NCBI GenBank assembly: GCA_012837615.1
Contig: DUQX01000037.1
Coordinates: forward strand, 76 to 64,075
From: Bacillota bacterium
GTDB taxonomy: Bacteria; Bacillota; Dethiobacteria; DTU022; UBA8154
DNA: 64,000 nt
Reading direction: 5' to 3'
The notes beneath the pieces were generated by a model. The model ran no database searches. It worked only from the letters and a program-made list of their open reading frames with translations, and had not been told where the DNA came from. The translations under genes were made by a program, and so were the position numbers. This document shows, piece after piece, positions 1-8,364 of this stretch; position 1 is the first letter of the stretch; every line of letters starts with the position of its first letter.

Positions 1-146
1 CCGTATTATTACTTTATCCTTTATAATTATAACAGGCGGGGGGTTAAAAGGCAAGAGGCCCGAAATGCTCTAAATGCTCTTGTGTTTAATCTGTAATAAT
101 TTTCGGGTTTCTCTCCATATTTTTCTCTCATAGCTATGTTGATAAG

Positions 147-479
147 CTATATTAAAAGTCTTAGGAGTGCTGCGCTTCCCATGCCTACAAGCACTGTTAT
201 AAACATGTTTCTGGTACATATTGCGACTACAAAGGAAGGCAGGGCCGCCCAGAAATATATGTTTTCAGTTATCTGAATGGTTAGCTTCCCTTCTGGCATA
301 AGTAAAGCGGGCCCGAGCAAAGATGCCAGTACAGCGGCGGGCACATAGGAAAGCCAGATCTCTAACAGCGGGGCAAGTTTCCGGCGGGATAGAAAAAAAA
401 GGGGCAGAAACCGGGGAAGGTAGGTTACCGCTGCCATGAGTATAATTGCCAATATTATTTTTTCTGAGGCGTAATGCAT
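147..479 (-). CDS. azlD: AzlD-family branched-chain amino acid transport protein (small membrane subunit)
   Basis: 110-aa strongly hydrophobic ORF. The N-terminal 'AAVTYLPRFLPLFF' pattern is typical of AzlD. It lies 40 nt downstream of azlC on the same strand. Confidence 0.8.
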   Translation of the reverse strand: MHYASEKIILAIILMAAVTYLPRFLPLFFLSRRKLAPLLEIWLSYVPAAVLASLLGPALLMPEGKLTIQITENIYFWAALPSFVVAICTRNMFITVLVGMGSAALLRLLI

Positions 480-519
480 AGCTTTAACTTCCTTTAATTA
501 TTGTTGCCGGCTGCCAGAT

Positions 520-1272
520 TCAAGGTGCTGCATCTTTCAAGGCCTGTTTTTGCAGTGCGAGTCCAACGGATGCACCAGTGAGTGTAGCGATAATAATGTG
601 CCAGTGACCTCCAAAATTCCAGAAGATCAGGGTGGAAAGCATTAATGATATTGCTGCTACGGCAATATGCCTCCAGTTTTTGGTTTGCAGAACAAGCAGG
701 GCAATGAACATGGCGGGGAGGGCATAGTCAAGTCCCCAGGCTTCCAGGTTGGTAAGTATTGAACCTGTCCACGCGCCAAGGATAGAACTGCCGATCCATG
801 AAAGGTGGGCAGATGTATTGGTGACAAAAATCCTTCTTTTGGGGGGCTTTTTTTCATTTTTAAAATCTATGCTGTGCACGGCGAAAGTTTCATCGGTGAG
901 CTCGTAAGCAAAAAACGCCTGCTCTAAACGGCTCAGATGCCCAAGATATGGCGCCAGAGCAGCGCTCATGAGCAAATGTCGCAGGTTAACTAAAAAAGTA
1001 GTAAAAGTAAGCGTTAATAACCCTGCCTGGCTTTCAAGAAGTCCTACAGCAATGAGTTGAGCAGAACCAGCATAAACGAGAAGCGACATGAGGAAAGTTT
1101 CCAAGATGTTCATTCCCGCATTTACCGCAAGTATGCCAAAGGCAAAGCCTATTGGAAAATAGCCAAAAATAACCGGAATGCTTTTAAAGAAACCGCTTTT
1201 TATTTCATTTTTTTGCAACTTATCCGTTACGTTTTTTTTACGGGATTTTTGGTTTGAAGAATTAAAAAGCAT
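520..1272 (-). CDS. azlC: AzlC-family branched-chain amino acid permease subunit
   Basis: 250-aa polytopic membrane ORF ('IPVIFGYFPIGFAFGILA', 'YAGSAQL') with AzlC-like organisation, followed directly by azlD. Confidence 0.8.
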   Translation of the reverse strand: MLFNSSNQKSRKKNVTDKLQKNEIKSGFFKSIPVIFGYFPIGFAFGILAVNAGMNILETFLMSLLVYAGSAQLIAVGLLESQAGLLTLTFTTFLVNLRHLLMSAALAPYLGHLSRLEQAFFAYELTDETFAVHSIDFKNEKKPPKRRIFVTNTSAHLSWIGSSILGAWTGSILTNLEAWGLDYALPAMFIALLVLQTKNWRHIAVAAISLMLSTLIFWNFGGHWHIIIATLTGASVGLALQKQALKDAAP

Positions 1273-1339
1273 AGTTGAATATATTTTTCCTTTTTAGCGA
1301 TGGTGGGTTAGCAATGATGATTTGTTGGGATATATTTTT

Positions 1340-2464
1340 TTATTCTTTAATGATATCGGTTATAAAGGTTGTGAGGTTGTTTACAAGATTAATAGTATGT
1401 GTTTTTTTACTGTCTTTATCAACGATCTGGACAAGGGGGCGCAGCGGCATATTACGGTGAAGGGATATTACGGTCCCAATTTCGCCGGTACTTAGAACTA
1501 CCTTGCAGCCGACAGGATAAAAGATCATATTGCGAATAAAGATGTTGAGATATTGTATATCCAGTTTACCGCTGTTGCTCATGAGTATTTCGGCGCCTTC
1601 ATGGGGAAGGAGCGCGTTTCTATAAACCCTGTCGGTGGTAATAGCATCATAGACATCAGCTATAGCCAGGAGACGTGCCCAATGATGTATTTCCGACCCT
1701 TTCAATTTTTCCAAGTAGCCGCTGCCATCCATCCTTTCATGGTGCTGCAAAATGGCGTTTAGCATATCTTTGCTTACTCCGCTGAAATCGCGGACGCGGT
1801 TAAAACTGTAACGAACGTGTTCTTTCATAACTTCAAATTCTTCATCGGACAATTTTTCAGGCTTATTTACAATATGCAAAGGAATGTCAACCTTCCCGAC
1901 ATCATGAAGAAGACCGGCAAGGCAAATTTCATGCAGTTGTTTAGCTGGGAAATTAATATATTTTGCCAGAGCTGTTACATAAATGGAAACATGTACTGCA
2001 TGGGAAAAAGTATAGTCATCTATTGTCTTTAGAAAAGCCAGTTGCAATAAAACCTGGGGGCTGCGGGTAATTTCAGCTGCAATGCTCTCAGCTGCTTTGT
2101 TTATTTCATACAGATCTACTGTTTTGTTCATACTGGATTTATTATAAAAATCTTTTACAGTTTTATAAGTGTCTTTGTATAATTTTTTTGCTTGGAGGTT
2201 TATTTTTCCAATTCTAACCGGTATTTGTTTATTTTTTTCTTGCCTTATCTTTTTTAGGGAACTTTCTGTAAATGTTCTATTTTGATCTGCGAAATAAACT
2301 AGGCATCTTCCCTGAACGTTAAACTGTTCAATAGCCCTGAGAGTTTTTTCGGTTATTTTACTTCCCGAGGAGAGCAACACTATCCCCGTTGGGCTGTCTC
2401 GAAGATCCTCGGCTAAAATCATACCGGGCTTTAATTGATCAATACAAATTGAGATTACTTTCAT
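1340..2464 (-). CDS. HD-GYP domain protein (putative c-di-GMP phosphodiesterase)
   Basis: The C-terminal half carries 'LLHDVGK' and 'HHERMDGSGY', the HD and GYP signatures. It sits 24 nt downstream of the anti-sigma gene. Confidence 0.85.
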   Translation of the reverse strand: MKVISICIDQLKPGMILAEDLRDSPTGIVLLSSGSKITEKTLRAIEQFNVQGRCLVYFADQNRTFTESSLKKIRQEKNKQIPVRIGKINLQAKKLYKDTYKTVKDFYNKSSMNKTVDLYEINKAAESIAAEITRSPQVLLQLAFLKTIDDYTFSHAVHVSIYVTALAKYINFPAKQLHEICLAGLLHDVGKVDIPLHIVNKPEKLSDEEFEVMKEHVRYSFNRVRDFSGVSKDMLNAILQHHERMDGSGYLEKLKGSEIHHWARLLAIADVYDAITTDRVYRNALLPHEGAEILMSNSGKLDIQYLNIFIRNMIFYPVGCKVVLSTGEIGTVISLHRNMPLRPLVQIVDKDSKKTHTINLVNNLTTFITDIIKE

Positions 2465-2488
2465 GAAATGCCTTCCTAAAGCCGGCTT

Positions 2489-3628
2489 TTAGGATTTTTT
2501 CAGGTTATCGACTAGATTAAATAGTATTTTTTCTGCCAGCTGTCCTGATAGAGTGATAATAGAGTTATCCTGTTTCCATCTTATTGTATTAAATCCGTTT
2601 TTTTCACATATAACGTATCCGTTATAAGGACCTACTCGAATGGGATGTGCCAGGCTGTCGGGGGTTGTTAGCTCCGTGTTATCGGGCACTTTATTCGGGA
2701 AAAATTCCTGGGTTAACGAGATAACTTTATTTTCTTCGTTTGTGTATTTCTGGGATACACTATAAAGAAAAGTATCAGTTTGGGTAATAACTGCCTCGCT
2801 AAAAGTAAAACCATTCGGAACAGAGTTGAGCAGCCAGATTTTTTCCGGAGCGAGGTGTTTACAATTATTTAATTCTGAGATGAATAATTTTCTATCATAC
2901 AGCACTGATTCCTGTAACGTTTCTTCGTCCATCGTCCTTTCTTTCACAAAACTCTGTCCATCCTCCTCACTCTGCCACTGGGCCCGCTCCTGCCCCTGCT
3001 CACTAATTTCTGTTTGAACCGAATGATTGAGATCTGGGGTTTCATCAATGAATAAGCTAAAGCTTTCAGCCTCTGCGCTACCCCTCGGAACAGCCCCTTC
3101 GGCGGGAGAAGGAGAAGCTCCAATTCCCCCTGTTCCTCTTTCTTTTTCTCCTGCTTTCATCGGTAATTCTTTTTGTTCGCCGTTTTCTTCTGCAGGTACG
3201 GCGTATTTAGTATCCGTTTTTATATCCCGATCCCTTATCTGAGCTTCATCACCAAAACCCTCCAGGGTTGTGCTCATATCAGTACTCATATAACTAAAAA
3301 ATCTCTGTAAAAAATTACTCGTATCCGAAGAGGGCGCAACCTGCAACGAAATAATTATTACCAGACATGCGGCAGCAATTCCGGTCAGGTATTTGTGTCT
3401 TTTCCAAACGATGTTATAAGCTCGCTGAAAAATATTTTTCTTTTTTGGGGGAGCTCCTTGTAATAGCACAAGTTTCTCCTCCAAATCTTGAATATTTGCT
3501 TCCTCCTTAAGCCGCCTCTGAAGATCCGCCCAGAGTTTTTCGCTGGGAGGTACTTCAGCCAGTTGGGCTTCTTCCAGTAAGCTTTTACTGAGCATTTTAT
3601 CGAGTTGTTTTTGTGATATTTTTTGCAT
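2489..3628 (-). CDS. Membrane-anchored anti-sigma factor (single TM, DUF4367-like C-terminal domain)
   Basis: Lies directly downstream of the ECF sigma gene. It has one TM segment ('LTGIAAACLVIIISLQVA'), a low-complexity acidic linker, and a C-terminus ('IRWKQDNSIITLSGQL') resembling DUF4367. Confidence 0.6.
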   Translation of the reverse strand: MQKISQKQLDKMLSKSLLEEAQLAEVPPSEKLWADLQRRLKEEANIQDLEEKLVLLQGAPPKKKNIFQRAYNIVWKRHKYLTGIAAACLVIIISLQVAPSSDTSNFLQRFFSYMSTDMSTTLEGFGDEAQIRDRDIKTDTKYAVPAEENGEQKELPMKAGEKERGTGGIGASPSPAEGAVPRGSAEAESFSLFIDETPDLNHSVQTEISEQGQERAQWQSEEDGQSFVKERTMDEETLQESVLYDRKLFISELNNCKHLAPEKIWLLNSVPNGFTFSEAVITQTDTFLYSVSQKYTNEENKVISLTQEFFPNKVPDNTELTTPDSLAHPIRVGPYNGYVICEKNGFNTIRWKQDNSIITLSGQLAEKILFNLVDNLKKS

Positions 3629-3681
3629 GCTATCGACCTTCTTCAGGAAAGAAAGATTAAAATAGTATTTAGAATCGTATA

Positions 3682-4197
3682 TTATAGACGTTGATTATCT
3701 TTTTGGGGTTGCAATAATTTACGAACTTTTTTTCGCGCACGGAATAAGCGTGATTTAATGGTCCCCTGTGGAACATTTATTATGGAAGAGATTTCGTTGA
3801 TACTTAATTCGTTAAAATATTTAAGGACTAAAATTTCCCGTTCTTCAGGTTCAAGCAACAAAAGAGCTCTCCGGATTTCCTGTGCTTCTTCATTTTTTTC
3901 CCAGGCTTCCTGAGGGGAATTTCCCGGGTTACGGTCGGCGTGTGCAGAAAAATTATCCGTAAAGATCATTTTTTTCTTTTTTCTCAACATATCTATTGCA
4001 AGGTTACTGGCAATTACGTTAACCCAGGGGCCGAATTTTTCCAGGTCTCTTAGTGTGTCCAAATTAGTAAAAGCCTTGAAAAATGCTTCCTGTGCAGCGT
4101 CTTCAGCCATCTGGTGATCTCCTGTAACCAGGAATGCGGTACGGTATGTTTTATTAAAATGCTGATGATATAGTTTTTCCAGCGCGCTTTGCTCCAT
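3682..4197 (-). CDS. ECF-type RNA polymerase sigma-70 factor
   Basis: 171 aa. It has a region-2-like 'DAAQEAFFKAF' segment and a region-4 HTH ('INEISSIINVPQGTIKSRLFRARKKV'). Confidence 0.88.
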   Translation of the reverse strand: MEQSALEKLYHQHFNKTYRTAFLVTGDHQMAEDAAQEAFFKAFTNLDTLRDLEKFGPWVNVIASNLAIDMLRKKKKMIFTDNFSAHADRNPGNSPQEAWEKNEEAQEIRRALLLLEPEEREILVLKYFNELSINEISSIINVPQGTIKSRLFRARKKVRKLLQPQKDNQRL

Positions 4198-4371
4198 AAA
4201 TGAAATTCCTCGTTTTTTTGTTATCGCGGTACATTGTTATTTTATCATAGAATTCTCTTTTACCAAATATATTTTCTCTTATGCTTTTATTTTCTTATCG
4301 CACAGCGGGTTCAGACGGTGTTCTTTTAAAATGCGAAACAATAAGAGTGCGGGCAGAGCCAGGAAAAATTA

Positions 4372-4400
4372 TTGACATGAAGAAAATCCTTAATTATAAT
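4372..4400 (+). promoter_or_regulatory. Consensus sigma-A promoter upstream of gdh (TTGACA-17-TATAAT)
   Basis: TTGACA at 4372-4377, an exact 17-nt spacer, and TATAAT at 4395-4400, about 90 nt upstream of the gdh start. Confidence 0.6.
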
Positions 4401-4491
4401 TAAAAAAAGTTACCACATTATGAAAATGATCTCGAAACATGCGATAATGTTATATGTCGGCGGTTTGGAATAATTGGAGGTACAAAAAAAT

Positions 4492-5769
4492 ATGTCACCA
4501 AATCAAATGAAAGACCAAAAACAAATAAATACAAGCCCCTTTGAAATTGCACAGAAGCAATGTGATAGTTGTGCGGAATTTCTAAATCTTGATCCGAATA
4601 TACACGCGATTATCCGGGTTCCGAAGAGGGAAATACACGTATCTATACCTGTGCGCATGGATAACGGCGCTATCAAGATATTTCAAGGTTTCAGGGTTGT
4701 ACATAACGATGTTCTGGGGCCGGCAAAGGGGGGCATTAGGTTCCATCCGGATGAGACCATCGATACGGTGAGGGCACTCGCCACCTGGATGACCTGGAAA
4801 AGCTCCCTTCTCAATTTGCCCCTCGGAGGGGCCAAGGGCGGCGTTATTTGTAACCCCAAAGAGTTATCGATGGGGGAGTTGGAACGTCTGAGCAGGGGGT
4901 ATATTTCTTCCCTCTGGCAGTTTGTTGGCCCGGAAGTAGATGTTCCGGCACCGGATGTCTATACAAACCCTCAGATTATGGCCTGGATGATGGATGAATA
5001 TTCTAAATTGGCAGGGAAGAATCAATTTGGCGTTATCACCGGCAAGCCGCTTCTCCTCGGAGGCTCGCTCGGGAGAAATGACGCGACAGCCCGCGGAGGG
5101 CTGTATGTTTTGCGGGAAGCGGCAAAAGTCTGCAGCCTGGAGTTAAATGGTGCCAGCCTCGCTGTACAGGGTTTTGGAAATGTAGGGTATCATGTAGCCA
5201 GCCTGGCCAGCTCGCTGTTTGGATGTAAAATAACGGCTGTTAGTGATAGCAAAGGCGGTATATATAAAAAAGAGGGCCTGGATCCCCGATCTATACATGA
5301 ACATAAATTGAAAACGGGCTCGGTGATCAATTATCCAGGCTCAGAGGCAATCTCTAATGAAGAGCTTCTGGGGCTGGATGTGGATGTGATTTGTCCCTGC
5401 GCTTTGGAAAATATCATCACAGAAAAAAATGCCCCCCGCATTAAAGCGGCAATAGTTGCAGAATTTGCCAACGGGCCGACCACACCCGGGGCGGATGATA
5501 TTTTATATCAAAAAGGTGTTCACCTTTTGCCCGATTTTTTATGCAATGCCGGCGGAGTAACAGTATCCTATTTTGAAATGGTCCAGAACTTTTCCATGTA
5601 TTACTGGGATGAAAAAGAAGTTCATGAGCGTCTGGATAAAAAAATAACCGCTGCCTATCATTCCGTATTGAACACTTCGAAAGAATATAAAATAAACATG
5701 AGGCAAGCGGCATATGCCGTTTCAGTTAAAAGAGTAGCAGATGCTATAAAGCTTCGCGGATGGGCTTAG
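4492..5769 (+). CDS. gdhA: Glutamate dehydrogenase (Glu/Leu/Phe/Val dehydrogenase family)
   Basis: Motifs 'GPAKGGIRFHP' and 'LPLGGAKGG' plus the Rossmann 'QGFGNVG'. I prefer ATG 4492 (GGAGG at 4476-4480) over the track's TTG at 4474. Confidence 0.92.
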   Translation: MSPNQMKDQKQINTSPFEIAQKQCDSCAEFLNLDPNIHAIIRVPKREIHVSIPVRMDNGAIKIFQGFRVVHNDVLGPAKGGIRFHPDETIDTVRALATWMTWKSSLLNLPLGGAKGGVICNPKELSMGELERLSRGYISSLWQFVGPEVDVPAPDVYTNPQIMAWMMDEYSKLAGKNQFGVITGKPLLLGGSLGRNDATARGGLYVLREAAKVCSLELNGASLAVQGFGNVGYHVASLASSLFGCKITAVSDSKGGIYKKEGLDPRSIHEHKLKTGSVINYPGSEAISNEELLGLDVDVICPCALENIITEKNAPRIKAAIVAEFANGPTTPGADDILYQKGVHLLPDFLCNAGGVTVSYFEMVQNFSMYYWDEKEVHERLDKKITAAYHSVLNTSKEYKINMRQAAYAVSVKRVADAIKLRGWA

Positions 5770-5895
5770 ATTTTTTCGCACTTCTTCCCACTTCTATGGT
5801 AGATTGAATCCCTGGATGAAGATGGTTTTGACAGGGATTTTTTTATGCATGGTTGGTTTCCAAATATGATATTATTATATATGAAAGAAAATACA

Positions 5896-7179
5896 ATGAA
5901 AGCGGGTAGAGATAAGGTGCATTGCGAGATAATTGCCGTAGGAACAGAGCTTCTTATGGGGCAGATTGCCAACACCAATGCCAGGGATATTGCCAGGGAG
6001 TTGTCCTCTCTTGGAGTGGGTGTTTATTATCAAACTGTAGTGGGCGATAATGAAAAAAGGCTGGCAGAGGTTTTTTGCCAGGCGCTGAACAGATCTGAAC
6101 TGATTATCTTAACGGGAGGACTGGGGCCTACCGAAGACGATATAACCCGCGAGACTGTAGCAAAAGTTTTAGAGCTTCCCCTGGAGAAAAATAAAGCCTG
6201 GGAAGAGAAGTTGGATGAGTTTTCCAGACGTTCTAAGCGGCCGTTGGTAGCGATGAACCTCAGACAGGCAATGGCTCCCCGTGGAGGCAGGCTGCTGTTT
6301 AACAGCAGAGGCACCGCCCCCGGGATCTATCTGGAAGCAAAAAATAGGATAATTATCCTTTTGCCAGGTCCCCCGCGGGAGATGTTGCCGATGTTCAAGG
6401 AGCAGGTTGTCCCGCTGTTGCGCAAAAAATTACAGAAGGAAGGTAACTTAGGTATATTGCAATCCAAGGTGCTGCGCATTATTGGCCTGGGTGAATCAGC
6501 GATGGCGGAGATGATCCGGCCCCTGCTGGAAAACCAGGGTAACCCCACCCTGGCCCCTTTAGCGAAGAGAGCAGAAGTTCATTTGCGTATTACAGCGCAC
6601 GGCAGCTCTCCAGAAGAATCGGGGGCTCTTATTGAGGCCAAGGCGGAAGAGGTCAGGAGGATCCTCGGCGACTATATATACGGTGAAGATGAGGAAAATC
6701 TGGAATTTGTAGTGGCAAATTTGCTTTGGGAAAAGGCAAAGACGCTTGCCCTGGCGGAATCTTGCAGCGGGGGCCTTTTGAGCCATCGTTTGACCAACAT
6801 CCCCGATAGTTCCAAGTATTTCCTGGCCGGTCTGGTTACTTACAGCAATGAAGCAAAAATAAATATTCTCGGTGTCGATCCGGAGCTTATAGCTTCCCTT
6901 GGGGCTGTCAGCGATGAAGTTGCCAGGGAGATGGCATCAGGCGTTCGCCGGCTCTGCCATGCAGATATCGGCCTGGGCATAACCGGGATAGCGGGTCCCG
7001 GGGGAGAGACCCCTGGTAAACCCGTGGGGTTAACCTATATTGCTCTGGAAGGCGATGGTTTCAAATTTTGCAATCGCTATGAGTTCTGGGGAAGCCGGCT
7101 CGATATTAAGGAGAGGGCTTCACAAACGGCGTTAAACCTCCTGCGCCTTTACCTGCTCGGTAAACTGAAAGCAAAGTAA
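5896..7179 (+). CDS. cinA: CinA competence/damage-inducible protein (MoCF-type N-domain plus PncC nicotinamide-nucleotide amidase domain)
   Basis: N-terminal 'CEIIAVGTELLMGQIANTN' and C-terminal 'LALAESCSGGLL'. The start is uncertain among ATGs at 5845, 5881 and 5896; 5896 best matches the usual CinA N-terminus. Confidence 0.9.
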   Translation: MKAGRDKVHCEIIAVGTELLMGQIANTNARDIARELSSLGVGVYYQTVVGDNEKRLAEVFCQALNRSELIILTGGLGPTEDDITRETVAKVLELPLEKNKAWEEKLDEFSRRSKRPLVAMNLRQAMAPRGGRLLFNSRGTAPGIYLEAKNRIIILLPGPPREMLPMFKEQVVPLLRKKLQKEGNLGILQSKVLRIIGLGESAMAEMIRPLLENQGNPTLAPLAKRAEVHLRITAHGSSPEESGALIEAKAEEVRRILGDYIYGEDEENLEFVVANLLWEKAKTLALAESCSGGLLSHRLTNIPDSSKYFLAGLVTYSNEAKINILGVDPELIASLGAVSDEVAREMASGVRRLCHADIGLGITGIAGPGGETPGKPVGLTYIALEGDGFKFCNRYEFWGSRLDIKERASQTALNLLRLYLLGKLKAK

Positions 7180-7344
7180 TACCATGCCGCCAGGAAAATC
7201 CAGGTAGACTAAAATGGCCCTAAACGGCTGGGAATAACGGGCTGTTTGATTTAACGGGCGCTTGGGCTTTGCAGAGCCCGGGATTTGATAATCTTAATAA
7301 AAGGTTCTCAGATCTACTTTTGTTTCTTCATGTCAAACCCACCT

Positions 7345-7389
7345 AAATATGCATTGGGGAAGCCGGATGACTTCCCTTAATGCATATTT
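7345..7389. other. Long imperfect hairpin between convergent cinA and gamma-CA genes (possible bidirectional terminator or stabiliser)
   Basis: AAATATGCATT (7345-7355) pairs with AATGCATATTT (7379-7389), and an inner GGGAAG pairs with CTTCCC. There is no clear U-tract on either strand. Confidence 0.4.
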
Positions 7390-7502
7390 ATGACGGGTAT
7401 GGCCTCTTATCCGATTGAATATTAACGTCATCTCAACAGAATTGCTTTAACAGAGCCTAATCAAATGCTGCCTTATTCTTTTATTTTCTTTATTGAACGG
7501 AA

Positions 7503-8045
7503 TTATACATCTCCGGATTCTTGAGTAATCCCGAGATCCTGCTTCAGGTAGTCGTCGCGCAGAACGTGGTATGACTCGCTGCTTTTTTTGACATACCACA
7601 GCGAATTGCCAGAAATTTCCTTTTTTACTTTTGCCGGGATACCAACCGCTAAGTGCCGGGGCGGTATGACAGTGTTAACTGCTACGACGCTGCCGGCAGC
7701 AATAATTGATTCGTCTCCTACGCTTGCACCATCCAGTACCACAGCATTAATGCCCACGACCGCGCTTTTTCCTATTGTACAATTATGTAATATCGCACCA
7801 TGGGCAATTGATGCATTTTCCCCAATAACGGTCTCACTGTCGAAGTGGGTATGGACCACAGTATTATCCTGCAGGTTGGCGCCTGCTTTTACCACAATTG
7901 GGCCAACATCCCCGCGCAGAACTGCTCCAAACCAGATGCTCGCTCCTTCTTCTACCGTCACATCACCGACTAGCGCTGCTGTGGGTGCCACAAAAGCTCC
8001 TTTGGCAACCTTAGGTGTTTTCCCTTTATATGGAATTATTACCAC
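7503..8045 (-). CDS. Gamma-class carbonic anhydrase family / hexapeptide-repeat protein (YrdA/PaaY-like)
   Basis: 180 aa of left-handed beta-helix hexapeptide repeats ('GASIWFGAVLRGD', 'IGENASIAHGAILH'). GTG start. Confidence 0.85.
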   Translation of the reverse strand: MVIIPYKGKTPKVAKGAFVAPTAALVGDVTVEEGASIWFGAVLRGDVGPIVVKAGANLQDNTVVHTHFDSETVIGENASIAHGAILHNCTIGKSAVVGINAVVLDGASVGDESIIAAGSVVAVNTVIPPRHLAVGIPAKVKKEISGNSLWYVKKSSESYHVLRDDYLKQDLGITQESGDV

Positions 8046-8364
8046 TAATTTTTGCGGCCATTCACTGCCGGCAAATGGCCTGGCCTCCTTTCAATATCAT
8101 GAATATGCTGTTTAATAGTAATTCGCTTTTGAAAATGCAAATCCTTTTAATCTGCCTGTATAATGTTGCTGTTTAATGAAGGCAGGCCGGAGAAGGGGAG
8201 CAAAGGTTGTTGAAAGGTTGAAAAAATAGTGTTTTCCAGCAGGAAAAATGTTTCTGAAGAAGAATAATTATAAAAAGAAAGAACGGAGGTCAGGTTAAAT
8301 TTTTGGGGAGGTTTTTAAGCCGTAGTTCCGGAAAGAGACAAATAATTTAGAAGGAGTGGAAAAG

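Noticed and set aside
7588-8115. 175-aa plus-strand ORF overlapping the gamma-CA gene
   Set aside because: It is antisense to a hexapeptide-repeat gene. The product is low-complexity (Thr/Ala/Pro-rich) with no SD. This is a typical shadow ORF.
8203-8226. Shared GGTTGTTG / GGTTGAAAA blocks here and at 51891-51908 (upstream of the GltD-MvhD gene and of valS)
   Set aside because: The shared blocks are only 9-10 nt, low-complexity, and in swapped order. Matches of this length are expected many times by chance in 64 kb.
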